A stretch of DNA of 64,000 nt from Verrucomicrobiia bacterium (GCA_035294005.1 DATGLT010000188.1:14154-78153), one strand, 5' to 3'; shown: positions 36,426-46,315, numbered from the stretch's first letter. A program made the numbers and translations. The notes: generated from the letters alone by a model not told the origin.

Positions 36426-37253
36426 CTATGTCGGCAACTTCAACGCGGAGCCCGGGACAACCTTTGCCTCTTCACCGGCTTGCTCCTTGCGCGCGATGCG
36501 CTGGACGATTCGTGAAGCAGCAACCAACCCGAAAGTTCCTGTGACAAAGCTGGCCGTGCCGAAACCGCTGCTGCAATCCAAGCGCAGGTCGGACGCCTCG
36601 GCGCGATTGCCTGTGACACACCCGGTCCTAGTTGGGAACACCGGCGGTTCGGTGGAGACGACGCATTCGACGCCGAATGCGCGATCGCCTCGGGGAAAGC
36701 CATAATCCCGCCGTAATTTCCTGCGCACCTGTTGCAGCAATCGGTCTCCGCTGGAGAACGCCAGGTCGGTGACCTCGATGGCGGTCGGGTCCTGGCGTCC
36801 GCCGGCCCCGCCCGCAACGACCACCGGCACGCCGCGCTCTCTGCACGAGGCAATCAGAAGACACTTCAGTGATAGACTGTCTATCGCGTCCACAACGCCG
36901 TCGAAGTGTACTTTGAGAATCTCACTGGCATTGGACTTCAGGAATAAAGAGTGCAGCGGGTGCAAAACACAGTCCGGGTTGATGGCCAGAACCCGGCGCG
37001 CCAGCACCTCGACCTTGGGTTTGCCCAACTCACCCTCCAACGCATGGATTTGTCGATTGGCGTTGCTGATGCAAACGTCGTCGAGGTCCACGAGCGTCAG
37101 TTGGCCGACGCCGGACCTGGCCAGGGATTCAACGGCCCAGGAGCCGACGCCTCCCAGTCCGACAACACAAACATGCGCGCTTCGAAGTGCTTCCAGGCCG
37201 GAACTGCCAAACAACCGGGCCAAACCACCGAATCGCCTCAAATACGGGTCCAT
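36426..37253 (-). CDS. tcdA: tRNA threonylcarbamoyladenosine dehydratase (ThiF/E1-like)
   Basis: RFGGLARLFG...LRSAHVCVVGLGGVGSWAVESLARSGVGQLTLVDLDDVCISNANRQIHA matches the TcdA/CsdL N-terminal Rossmann region. The size is ~275 aa. Confidence 0.88.
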   Translation of the reverse strand: MDPYLRRFGGLARLFGSSGLEALRSAHVCVVGLGGVGSWAVESLARSGVGQLTLVDLDDVCISNANRQIHALEGELGKPKVEVLARRVLAINPDCVLHPLHSLFLKSNASEILKVHFDGVVDAIDSLSLKCLLIASCRERGVPVVVAGGAGGRQDPTAIEVTDLAFSSGDRLLQQVRRKLRRDYGFPRGDRAFGVECVVSTEPPVFPTRTGCVTGNRAEASDLRLDCSSGFGTASFVTGTFGLVAASRIVQRIARKEQAGEEAKVVPGSALKLPT

Positions 37254-37635
37254 AGCCCTAGTTTAATATCAATTTCGGCCGCCAGAGACAACGCTGTTGT
37301 GAACAGAACCATTGAAGACTGAGCACACGCAACCGGAAGCATCCGGAGCCATGGAACCTGATCTGCCGCTGAGATTTGGGCGTTGCGACTCGAATTACGC
37401 AGCCTGAAATTGAAGGGCTGCCCACTCCTAGTTTCGGGCAGTGCAGGGTATTCGGCGGTCTTCTCCTTCCTTGTCCCCAGAACTGGTGACTGGTTGGGGA
37501 CAGGGGCTGTGATAAGGTGATGGCGTGTTAACGATGCACAAACGCAGTAGTCAGACCGTGTGTGGCTGACGGGCGCGTGTCTGCGGCGCCGCATCGGAAC
37601 AAAAGCGATTTAGTGTTCTCTTTGTAGAGTGTGTC

Positions 37636-37670
37636 AAAAAGGCCGGGTTTAAAACCCCGGCTTTTTTGTT
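37636..37670. terminator. bidirectional intrinsic-terminator-like hairpin in a divergent intergenic region
   Basis: aaaaaG-GCCGGG-tttaaaac-CCCGGC-TTTTTTgtt: a 6-bp GC stem (37642-37647 / 37556+100, i.e. 37656-37661), an A-run on the 5' side and a T-run on the 3' side. No protein gene on either strand reads into it. Confidence 0.6.
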
Positions 37671-37861
37671 GTACTATTTTGTTGTGCTCGCTGGGTTTGC
37701 CGAAGAAACCTGCGTTCCGTGATCCTCGCCCCCGGCATTGCGGTTTCCCGGTTGCTTTACTGATTAGGGGAGCGCTGATACAGTCCCGGGATGAATTGGT
37801 CAGCGGCCCGTTTTGCGTTTAACACAGCGCACTGGATGTCGGACCTCTGCCAGGTGGGTCC

Positions 37862-38593
37862 ATGATCGAAGTCACCTCTCTGACAAAACTCTACGGCGAC
37901 TTCGTTGCCGTAGATGACCTGTCGTTTGGAGTCGGCGCCGGCCAGGTAATGGGATTAGTCGGCCCGAATGGAGCCGGAAAAACAACAACCTTGAGGTGTC
38001 TTTCAGGGATTATTCCCCCGACGCGCGGGGCTGTGCGCGTTTGCGGCCATGACCTGGCCAGCGACCCCATCCCTGCCAAGCGGAACCTTGCGTTGTTCAC
38101 CGATGAGCCACGCCTGTTCGATTACCTGACCGTGGAACAGCACCTTGCCTTTACGGCTCGGATTTACCAGGTGGGCGACTACAAATCCAAGGCGGACCAG
38201 CTTTTGGAAGAACTCGAACTTGCCGCCAAAAGGAAGTCTTTGCCCGGGGAACTTTCCCGGGGAATGAAACAGAAATTAGTCATCGCTTGCGGGCTGCTGC
38301 ACGATCCCAAGGTGATCTACTTTGACGAACCGCTCACCGGCCTGGACCCGTATGGGATCAGGCGGATGAAGGACTCAATTCTAAAACGATCGCGGGATGG
38401 GGCGACGATTATCATCAGCTCGCACCTGCTGCACCTCGTGCAGGAGATTTGTTCGCACATCCTTATCCTGAAGAACGGCCGCAAGGTCAGTTTTGGCACC
38501 ATGCAGGAAATCTCGAGGCAGTATTCCGATGAACCGGGAGAAGCCAACCTCGAGGCGGTGTTTTTCAAAGCGACCGGCGAGGAAGGCCGCTGA
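37862..38593 (+). CDS. ABC transporter ATP-binding protein
   Basis: Walker A GPNGAGKTT, signature LSRGMKQKL, Walker B VIYFDEPLTGLD, H-loop SSHLL. Confidence 0.92.
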   Translation: MIEVTSLTKLYGDFVAVDDLSFGVGAGQVMGLVGPNGAGKTTTLRCLSGIIPPTRGAVRVCGHDLASDPIPAKRNLALFTDEPRLFDYLTVEQHLAFTARIYQVGDYKSKADQLLEELELAAKRKSLPGELSRGMKQKLVIACGLLHDPKVIYFDEPLTGLDPYGIRRMKDSILKRSRDGATIIISSHLLHLVQEICSHILILKNGRKVSFGTMQEISRQYSDEPGEANLEAVFFKATGEEGR

Positions 38594-38596
38594 GGT

Positions 38597-40351
38597 ATGG
38601 TCGGGGCCCTTTTTTACCTGCAGTACCACTCGATAGCCAACCGGCTTTTGATGAGGCTGCGCCGGCTGCGACAACCCAAGTACCTCTTGGGTGGAATTGT
38701 GGGGGCTCTTTACTTCTATTTTTATTTTTTCCGGTACCTCTTCGGATTTTCAGGAGGCCGCCGATCGGGGATGGCCATGATGTCGCCATCGGGGACTCAT
38801 CTGGCCCTGTACGAGTCGATCGGGGCGGCCATATTTCTGATTGCGATCCTGTTGGCGTGGCTTCTTCCCCATGAACGCGCCGCGCTGGCTTTTTCAGAAG
38901 CCGAAGTGGCGTTCCTTTTCCCGGCGCCCATCACACGGCGCGGGCTGATTCATTTCAAGCTGCTTCGTTCCCAGGGCGCCATCCTGTTTACCACGTTTTT
39001 TCTCATGCTGGTGACGAATCGCTTTGGTGGAAAGTTTTGGATCCACGCTGCCGGTTGGTGGGTAATCTTGTGCACGCTCAACTTGCACTTGCTGGGCTGC
39101 TCGTTTGCCCGGACCAGGCTCATGGACCGCGGAATAACCCCCTGGAAACGGCGGTTCGTCGTTCTTGGCCTGATCGGTGCCTGTGCCGCCGCAATTGGCA
39201 TTTGGGCCCGCAAAAGCCTGCCCGCACCGAACCTGGACCAGATGTCGAACTTCGACGCCGTGCAGAACTACGTCCAGGGCGTCCTGACTTCCGGTCCTTT
39301 GCCATACTTGTTGTATCCGTTCCGGCTGGTGATTCGTCCGTACCTGGCTCCGAATGTTCATGCATTTGTGTTCGCGTTGCCCGCGGCCCTCCTGATCACA
39401 TTCCTGCACTACCTGTGGGTGGTCCGCGCCGATGTGGCCTTTGAAGAAGCGTCGGTTGAAGCTTCCCGAAAGACAGCCCAGAAAGTGGCCGCCGTTCGAA
39501 GCGGGAATCTCCGGTCTGCAAACGTCCGGATGAAAGGCCGGCGCGCCCCGTTCGCGCTCGGGACGACAGGGCCTACGGCTCCAGCGTTTCTCTGGAAGAA
39601 CCTCATCAGCGCGGGGCAGGTTTTTACTCCGCGGCTGTGGATCCTGTTTGCGGCAACCGCGACAGCGGTGTGCAGTTTTCTGGCCCAGTTTTCGCAACAC
39701 TCAGCCATCGTCTCGGCGCTGGGCATCAGCGCGGCAATGCTGGTGGTGTGGTCGATGTTTATCGGACCCCAGCTTTTGCGGCAGGATTTGCGCCAGGACC
39801 TCGCGCTTGCCGACCTGCTCAAAACCTACCCGGTGCCCGGGTGGGAACTGGTTTTTGGGGAGTTGCTGGGGCCAGCAGCCATACTGACCGCGTTGCAATG
39901 GCTGTTGCTCTTGATCTCGGGAGCACTTCTTTTGACCTCGCCCCCGTCCTATTTGCCTGCAACCACGACGCTGGCCATCGGCGCCAGCGCTGCGTTGGTT
40001 GTTCCCGTGCTGAACGTCATTATCCTCCAAATACCCAATGCCGCGGTGCTGCTTTTTCCCGCCTGGTTCCAGGTCGGCAAAGACCGCGCGCAGGGCATTG
40101 AAGTCACCGGCCAGCGCATCATTGCAATCTTCGTTCAACTGCTGGCCTTCATTGTGGCTTTGATTCCAGCCGCTATCGTTTCCGGAGGGGTTTTTTACGT
40201 CGTTTGGAACCTCCTGGATCGCGACCTGGCCATCTTTTTGGCTTCCACCGCCGCAGCCATTATCCTGGCTGCCGAGGCCGCCTCCGGCGTTGTGTTCCTC
40301 GGCCGATTGTTCGAACAATTTGACCTCTCCGCTGAACTGCCCTTAAGCTGA
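38597..40351 (+). CDS. polytopic membrane protein, putative ABC exporter permease component
   Basis: 584 aa with more than 10 hydrophobic segments. It starts 3 nt after the ATPase stop. The pattern is consistent with the putative ABC exporter membrane family (from memory, not verified). Confidence 0.7.
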   Translation: MVGALFYLQYHSIANRLLMRLRRLRQPKYLLGGIVGALYFYFYFFRYLFGFSGGRRSGMAMMSPSGTHLALYESIGAAIFLIAILLAWLLPHERAALAFSEAEVAFLFPAPITRRGLIHFKLLRSQGAILFTTFFLMLVTNRFGGKFWIHAAGWWVILCTLNLHLLGCSFARTRLMDRGITPWKRRFVVLGLIGACAAAIGIWARKSLPAPNLDQMSNFDAVQNYVQGVLTSGPLPYLLYPFRLVIRPYLAPNVHAFVFALPAALLITFLHYLWVVRADVAFEEASVEASRKTAQKVAAVRSGNLRSANVRMKGRRAPFALGTTGPTAPAFLWKNLISAGQVFTPRLWILFAATATAVCSFLAQFSQHSAIVSALGISAAMLVVWSMFIGPQLLRQDLRQDLALADLLKTYPVPGWELVFGELLGPAAILTALQWLLLLISGALLLTSPPSYLPATTTLAIGASAALVVPVLNVIILQIPNAAVLLFPAWFQVGKDRAQGIEVTGQRIIAIFVQLLAFIVALIPAAIVSGGVFYVVWNLLDRDLAIFLASTAAAIILAAEAASGVVFLGRLFEQFDLSAELPLS

Positions 40352-40465
40352 CCGGCGTTCCGGGAAAATGCCGTTCGGATTCCGCGCGTGATTGTTACCG
40401 GCTCAATTTGCAAACGCCGCGCCACCCGCACGAGCCGTCTCTGCACCACTCAGACAACCTAAACT

Positions 40466-41635
40466 ATGAAAAAGACACTCCGCTCCGTTCTGATCCTCTG
40501 TTCGACCGCTTTGCTGCTTTCCTTTTCGCAGGCCGCCGACTCCCCGTTCAGCGGCCTCGATATGAACCTCGGAAATTTGAGCCGTCTTTCGAAAGCCAAA
40601 ACAAGGTCGATCGGTCCCGAAAATCTTACGGGCGAGAAAGGAAAAGCCGGAATGTCGACCGACGGCGCGGCTAAGGGAGCTGCGCGCGACCTGGGGCAGG
40701 GCTGGAAGGTGTCGCCCTTTGTGCGGGTGCCCGCAAAATCGACGTTTACTCTGGCCGAGATTACCGGCCCGGGCGCGATACAACAAATCTGGATGACTCC
40801 TGCGCCCCTGGATAAAACCCGTTGGGACATCCTGCGCTTCTACTGGGATGACGAGACTGAGCCCTCGATTGAGTGCCCGCTCGGCGATTTCTTCGCATGC
40901 GGATGGGGGCGTTATTGCCAAATCAGCTCGTTGCCGGTTTGCGTGAACCCGGGCAGCGCCTTCAATTCCTACTGGCAAATGCCGTTCCGTAAAAAGGCCA
41001 AAATCACGATCGAGAACCTCGATGACAACGCGATGACCATTTATTACCAAATCAACTACACGCTGACGGATGTACCGGAGGACGCGGCTTATTTTCATGC
41101 CCAGTTCCGCCGCGAGAATCCGCTCAAATCCAAGGGACTGTACACCATCCTGGACGGAGTCGAGGGCGCGGGCCAATACGTCGGCACGTACCTGGCCTGG
41201 GGCACTCATAACACCGGGTGGTGGGGCGAGGGCGAAATCAAATTCTACATGGATGGCGACAAAGAGTTCCCGACAATTTGCGGAACCGGGACGGAGGATT
41301 ATTTCTGCGGTTCCTACGACTTCGAGATCCGCGGGGTGGACGGCAAAGGGCATTATGTTGAGTTCAGCACGCCGTATTCCGGGTTGCCGCAGGTGATTCG
41401 GCCCGACGGATTGTATGATTCCCAGCAGCGTTTCGGTTTATACCGCTGGCACATCATGGACCCGATTCGATTCGAGCAGGATCTCAAAGTCACAATCCAG
41501 GCCTTAGGCTGGCAGTCCGGCGGCCGCTATCTCCAACTCCAGGACGACATCGCTTCCGTCGCGTTCTGGTACCAGAAGGAGCCGCATCGGAAATTCCCCA
41601 AGCTGCCGTCGCGCGATGAGCTCGAGCTGCATTAG
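40466..41635 (+). CDS. DUF2961 domain protein (GH172-like glycoside hydrolase family)
   Basis: Signal peptide MKKTLRSVLILCSTALLLSFSQA. Hallmark blocks GAGQYVGTYLAWG, WWGEGEIKFYMDGDKEFPTICGTGTEDYFCGSY, YRWHIMDPIRF. Confidence 0.85.
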   Translation: MKKTLRSVLILCSTALLLSFSQAADSPFSGLDMNLGNLSRLSKAKTRSIGPENLTGEKGKAGMSTDGAAKGAARDLGQGWKVSPFVRVPAKSTFTLAEITGPGAIQQIWMTPAPLDKTRWDILRFYWDDETEPSIECPLGDFFACGWGRYCQISSLPVCVNPGSAFNSYWQMPFRKKAKITIENLDDNAMTIYYQINYTLTDVPEDAAYFHAQFRRENPLKSKGLYTILDGVEGAGQYVGTYLAWGTHNTGWWGEGEIKFYMDGDKEFPTICGTGTEDYFCGSYDFEIRGVDGKGHYVEFSTPYSGLPQVIRPDGLYDSQQRFGLYRWHIMDPIRFEQDLKVTIQALGWQSGGRYLQLQDDIASVAFWYQKEPHRKFPKLPSRDELELH

Positions 41636-42492
41636 TCTCGAAATATCTCCAGAGGGTTGATCGAAGCCGGCATTCGCCTGCCGCCGTCGAAAAATCTTCT
41701 TTCTTGTCCGCCGGTCCACTTGCGCAGCCGGTACAAAGCCGCGAAAGCAAAATCGGGAGCGGCGCCTCCCTGTCCGCCGGCGACTTCGGCGCCGCGGCGG
41801 ACGTTGTCCATCATCCACGCCGGCAAAAGCACGTGGTAAGGGTTTCGGCCGACTTCACCGGTGTGAAACGAGGTGGCGGCCATCATGTCGCCCACATCGG
41901 AGGTGCTCATTTCCACCATCAAATTCGGATCCGCCATGGCTCCCCAGAATTCAGATTCAACCAGGTAACACTCGAAATCGGCAGGAAGCTCCTTCAACGC
42001 GTCCATCACTAGAAAATGCGTTCCAATATGAGTGCTGTTCCAGTCGCGGTCGTGGGGAAAGATCACGATTTGAGGCATATGCCTCTGGAGGATCTCGCGG
42101 ATGACCTGGACCGAAGTTTTCCACTGGGCGGCGTCTTTTTCACGGGCAACGGGGTTGATCGCTTGCAGGCCGGTTGGGCCCGTGGTCTCGAGTTCAAACC
42201 CAATGTAGTTGCACGCCTGCCGCAACTCGTTTAGGCGTTCAAGCTTTCGTTGCTTGAGGCTGCCGAGCGTGACGGCCACGTTGATGACCCGCAGCTTCGC
42301 CTGGCGCAGCAATCGTAGCGCGATTCCGCCCGAAATACATTCGTCATCCGGATGCGGAGAGAAGAACAGCGCCTTTGGAGCATCGGCCGGCGGAGCCGGT
42401 CGCGAAATCGGAGGAAAACCACCGAGCGGAAAAGTGCGGCCCAGCTTGAGCAAATCGACGTATTGCGACGCCAGTTTATGGTAGGGAGTCAT
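41632..42492 (-). CDS. PIG-L/LmbE-family N-acetylglucosaminyl deacetylase
   Basis: FFSPHPDDECISGG zinc-binding motif and a later HxxH-type block (STHIGTH). The ATG at 42492 is the preferred start. The ORF-track TTG start at 42504 would overlap the ROK gene by 4 nt. Confidence 0.85.
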   Translation of the reverse strand: MTPYHKLASQYVDLLKLGRTFPLGGFPPISRPAPPADAPKALFFSPHPDDECISGGIALRLLRQAKLRVINVAVTLGSLKQRKLERLNELRQACNYIGFELETTGPTGLQAINPVAREKDAAQWKTSVQVIREILQRHMPQIVIFPHDRDWNSTHIGTHFLVMDALKELPADFECYLVESEFWGAMADPNLMVEMSTSDVGDMMAATSFHTGEVGRNPYHVLLPAWMMDNVRRGAEVAGGQGGAAPDFAFAALYRLRKWTGGQERRFFDGGRRMPASINPLEIFRD

Positions 42493-42500
42493 AGGTTGTA

Positions 42501-44039
42501 TCAAACCTTCGTCAGCTTCGGCAAACTGGCCGCGGCAATCGCCTGGCCATGGCGCTTGTCCTTTTCGTCAGGGATATGAAAGGAAATTTTTTTGTCCAAG
42601 TCGGGGAATTCCACACCCAGGACTTCCCGGGCGTATTTCAGGATTAAATCACCGCCCGCTCCGGAAGTAACGCGGCCCAGGATTAATACATTGTCCAAAT
42701 CGTAGAAGTCGGCGAGGTGCGCGATCGTGTATCCGAGGTAAACGCCGATGGTCTGATAAATTTTGGCCGCTCGGTAATCCCCGTGGTCCATGAGCTTTTG
42801 GACTTGTTTCAGTTTTTCGGCGAAACTCAGCTTTGCCTCCAGCTCAATCCCGGCCGGTTCAAGCAAACGCGCAACGCATTGTTGGGATAAGTATTGCACG
42901 CCGCAGCCCCGGTCCCCGGACCATTCATCCACCGGCGCCGAGGGATTGTAATCGACAGGCACGAACGCAAACTCATTCAGCCAGGTTGTAATGTTGCCCT
43001 CGCCGTTGACGTAACCTCCCGCGGTGCTCGTGCCCAGGGAGATGCCCAGGATGCGATTCAACTTCAGCGACATCGAACCGGCCAGGGCCGTCACTTCGCC
43101 GTCGTTAACGACCTCCAAAGGCACGCCGCCCCAGGCCTTTTGGATTTCGAAAAACAGGTCTTTCACCCGCGTTTCAAATAACGGGGCCGGCACGCCGCGG
43201 AACAGCGATGCCACTTTGACCCGGTTCTTCAAGTAAATCCCCGCCGCGCTGCCGCCAATTGCATCGACTCTCGGAAGATGTGCGGCGGCTTTCTTCAACG
43301 AATCCATTATCCCGTCGAAATGATATTGCGGGTCTTTCTGGAAATAAGGGTCCCAAACCGTTTCATCGCTGAAGACGACTTTGCCGTCGATGACTGCGGC
43401 GCATTTGCGGTCGCTGCCGCCAAGGTCGAACCCGATTCGGCACCCGTCCAGGTGGCGCCCCAGGGCCGTTGTGCCTGAGCGCTCTGCCGGAACGGATTCG
43501 GTCCGGACCACTTCGATTGCCCGATCGAACATGCGTTCCCCGACCAGGTGCGAATCAAACTTGCCGCAGGGATTGTCCCGGTAGTATGCGGCCAGGGCGT
43601 GCGCCAGGGATTGTGGGCCGGAGAAATGGATGCGCCAGCCTCCGCGTGACCATAACAGGAGCTTCAGGATCCGCTCGATATAAGTGAAATTGCCGACCGC
43701 CTCGGGACTGTTCTGCGGAAACACCTCCGCGGAGAAACGCGAGATCGTGCCGTCCGATTGTTCCAGGCCCACTGTGATGAGTCCGGACGTCCCGCTTTCG
43801 CGAACTCGGCGCTGATACTCACGGCAGGCCAGGACCGCCGGGCGAAACCAGGGGTCCAGCACCGGCGTGACTTTGGGGGCTGACAGCGGCAAGCCATTGT
43901 TGAAATTGATCGCCACAATCCTGGTTGTACTGGAACCGTGGCTGGCAGGGCAAGCACGGGCTGTGCCTTGACGCACCCACGTCTCACGTGCCGATTGGGG
44001 TTCTGTTGGCATCCCTCCCGCATCGACGCGTGCTTGCAA
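42501..44039 (-). CDS. ROK-family sugar kinase-like protein with a ~190-aa N-terminal extension
   Basis: ROK/ASKHA core from IGFDLGGSDRKCAAV through VVNDGEVTALAG and LGTSTAGGYV. The N-terminal ~190 aa have no motif I recognise. The start is uncertain (TTG at 44039 or ATG at 44012). Confidence 0.8.
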   Translation of the reverse strand: MQARVDAGGMPTEPQSARETWVRQGTARACPASHGSSTTRIVAINFNNGLPLSAPKVTPVLDPWFRPAVLACREYQRRVRESGTSGLITVGLEQSDGTISRFSAEVFPQNSPEAVGNFTYIERILKLLLWSRGGWRIHFSGPQSLAHALAAYYRDNPCGKFDSHLVGERMFDRAIEVVRTESVPAERSGTTALGRHLDGCRIGFDLGGSDRKCAAVIDGKVVFSDETVWDPYFQKDPQYHFDGIMDSLKKAAAHLPRVDAIGGSAAGIYLKNRVKVASLFRGVPAPLFETRVKDLFFEIQKAWGGVPLEVVNDGEVTALAGSMSLKLNRILGISLGTSTAGGYVNGEGNITTWLNEFAFVPVDYNPSAPVDEWSGDRGCGVQYLSQQCVARLLEPAGIELEAKLSFAEKLKQVQKLMDHGDYRAAKIYQTIGVYLGYTIAHLADFYDLDNVLILGRVTSGAGGDLILKYAREVLGVEFPDLDKKISFHIPDEKDKRHGQAIAAASLPKLTKV

Positions 44040-44067
44040 CCGAACAATCGGCTTTTAAGCTCGGTGC

Positions 44068-45168
44068 GTGAGACCTGCTGCCATGTTCTTGAGCTTACTT
44101 TTGCCCTGCACGATCCGTGCGGCTAATCCCACCGCCGCCGACACCGCGACAATCCTCGAAGATATTCGGCGGAAGCACGATTTCCCGGGCCTTGCGGTCA
44201 TAGTAATCAAAGACGGCAAAGTGTGCGACCTCGCGGCAGTGGGGGTTCGAAAACTCGGAGATCCTATACGAATGACGACCAATGACCTGTTTCACATTGG
44301 GTCGTGCACGAAATCAATGACTGCCACACTCGCGGCAGAGATCGTCGAGGAGGGCAAACTTCGATTCGACAGCACTGTGAGTCAGATATTCCCGGAATTG
44401 CGCGGACACATGGACCGCCAATATGAGGCCGTGACTCTGCTCCAGTTGCTTCAACACAGGGCTGGGGTACCCGAGGTGCCTCCTCCTTCGGCGTGGCAGC
44501 GCGCCTGGGAACAGCATGGAGAACCTCGCCAACAACGCTATGAGTTCATCAAAGCGGTCCTGGCCCTGCCGCCCCAGGCTGCGCCCGGCACAAAGTTTAT
44601 TTATTCCAACCAGGGCTACGCCATCGCCGGCGCAATGCTTGAGCGGGTTGCTGGACTGCCTTGGGAACAGCTCATTACCGACCGGCTGTTTCGCCCGTTG
44701 CACATGGATTCGGCCGGTTTCGGTCCGCCTGGAACCACGGGAAAGACGGATCAGCCGTTGGGCCATCGCAAAATCGGGGAAATCGTTTCACCGCTCCAGT
44801 CGGATAATCCTCCTGCAATCGGGCCGGCCGGGACGGTTCATTGCTCGCTGACGGATCTCGCCAAGTACGCCGTTGCGCACCTGGAAGGCGAGCGCAAAGG
44901 CGGCTTGCTGAAACCTGAAAGCTTTCGACTCTTGCACACCCCTGCCGCGCAGGGGGATTACGCCTGCGGTTGGGGCGTTCACAAAAGGAGTTGGGCAGGA
45001 GGGATCGCTTTGACGCATACCGGTTCCAATACCCTCTGGTACTTGGTGATGTGGCTGGCGCCGCAGAAGGATTTTGCCGTGATTGTCGCCACCAACACAG
45101 GCGCCGGAGACGCTTTCAAGGGCTGCGATGAAGTGGCTGCTGCGATGATTCACGCATGGTTGAACTGA
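44068..45168 (+). CDS. serine hydrolase, beta-lactamase/transpeptidase-like (class C/DD-peptidase fold)
   Basis: Signal-like N-terminus. S-x-x-K motif GSCTKSMTA, Y-x-N motif IYSNQGY, and a late HTG block (LTHTGSN). GTG start at 44068 or ATG at 44083. Confidence 0.85.
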   Translation: MRPAAMFLSLLLPCTIRAANPTAADTATILEDIRRKHDFPGLAVIVIKDGKVCDLAAVGVRKLGDPIRMTTNDLFHIGSCTKSMTATLAAEIVEEGKLRFDSTVSQIFPELRGHMDRQYEAVTLLQLLQHRAGVPEVPPPSAWQRAWEQHGEPRQQRYEFIKAVLALPPQAAPGTKFIYSNQGYAIAGAMLERVAGLPWEQLITDRLFRPLHMDSAGFGPPGTTGKTDQPLGHRKIGEIVSPLQSDNPPAIGPAGTVHCSLTDLAKYAVAHLEGERKGGLLKPESFRLLHTPAAQGDYACGWGVHKRSWAGGIALTHTGSNTLWYLVMWLAPQKDFAVIVATNTGAGDAFKGCDEVAAAMIHAWLN

Positions 45169-45379
45169 TGTTGATGGTTCAGAACGCCTCCTCTTCCCAA
45201 GCCGTTCCCCCCCCATGAAGCGCCTCCGTGCCTGTGACGTTCCAGGTTCCAATCGGATGGTCGTTTTGTAATGGACTCTATGCGGCGATGAGAGGATAAG
45301 TAGCGCAATAGCCGCTGTACACCTCGCATTTTAGGGCGGCACAAATTGGCAGGCAATTGATGAACAACGAAACACAACT

Positions 45380-46315
45380 ATGAACTCCATCGGCGAAAAA
45401 CTGGTTCGAAGTTGGCAACTTTTTAAGAGCTCTGTCCGGGTGATTGGGGATCACCCGAAGTTGCTGGTCTTTCCATTTGTGACGGGCTTGCTGACGCTTG
45501 GAATTGCGCTTTTCTTCTTTGCGCCTGTGGTTCTGGTAGTGGTTGCGCCGCACTGGATTCATGGGGGAGTGTTTCAGGCCATGGCGGATCGCATTGGTTT
45601 CGTCCGTGTCCGCCAGGGCGCGGCTTCGACGTTTCAAATCCAGCCCCTGGGTTCGATGTTTCTGGCGGGCATGTACCTGTTAAACCTGTTCCTGGCAACC
45701 ATGAGCAGCGTGGCTTTCAACAGCCAGATTTTCGAGGCCCTGGCGGGCCGGCCGGTTTCATTCTCCAGCGGAATCGAGGCCGCTTGCCGCCGCTGGAAAT
45801 CGGTTCTGTTCTGGAGCCTGCTGGCCGGCACGGTCGGGCTCCTGATTAAGGCGCTTGAGGACAAATTGTCCTTTATCGGCAAAATCGTGGGCGGCTTTCT
45901 TGGGCTCGCTTGGAGCGTTGCCTCAATCTTTGCCATACCTATCCTGGTCTGCGAAACCTCGATCACCAATCCTTTCGAAGTGGTCTCCCGCTCAGCCCGG
46001 ACAATCAAGGCAACCTGGGGTGAAATGCTCGCCGGCTACCTGGGAATGCAAGGAACCAACCTTCTGTTTTTGTGGGGCTCGATCCTGTTGTGGGTCGGGA
46101 CCGGGGCCGCCGCCCTGGCATTTTCAAATCCGTGGATTCTGCTGGTCGTGGGCGCCCCCTGGCTCGTGAGCCTGATGGCCTACAGCTATCTGGCCAATAT
46201 CGCCAGCCGCGTTTACCTGTGCGCCCTTTACGTGTATGCCTCCGAAGGCAGGGTGCCGGATCCTTACGACGCCTCGATGATGGCTGTTGCGTTCAGAACC
46301 AGGAAAACCCGTTGA
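45380..46315 (+). CDS. polytopic membrane protein, function unknown (DUF6159-like by recollection)
   Basis: 311 aa. N-terminus MNSIGEKLVRSWQLFKSSVRVIGDHPKLLVFPFVTGLLTLG, followed by ~6 hydrophobic segments. Confidence 0.7.
   Translation: MNSIGEKLVRSWQLFKSSVRVIGDHPKLLVFPFVTGLLTLGIALFFFAPVVLVVVAPHWIHGGVFQAMADRIGFVRVRQGAASTFQIQPLGSMFLAGMYLLNLFLATMSSVAFNSQIFEALAGRPVSFSSGIEAACRRWKSVLFWSLLAGTVGLLIKALEDKLSFIGKIVGGFLGLAWSVASIFAIPILVCETSITNPFEVVSRSARTIKATWGEMLAGYLGMQGTNLLFLWGSILLWVGTGAAALAFSNPWILLVVGAPWLVSLMAYSYLANIASRVYLCALYVYASEGRVPDPYDASMMAVAFRTRKTR

Noticed and set aside
37353-37376. TPP-riboswitch-like words (ggAACCTGATCTG ... CTGAGA)
   Set aside because: The order is reversed relative to the THI-box, where CTGAGA precedes ACCTGATC. 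The ACCC and GGGG pairing partners and the pyrimidine-sensor helix context are absent. This is most likely chance similarity.
37461-37480. GGAAGGA-containing stretch on the minus strand, reminiscent of the SRP RNA domain IV
   Set aside because: The flanking AGCAGC / GGUCC elements and the long helix needed for 4.5S RNA are not present.
38894-40318. Minus-strand ORFs of 268 aa and 205 aa
   Set aside because: They are antisense to the 584-aa polytopic membrane protein, which has coherent TM periodicity and is coupled to the ABC ATPase gene.
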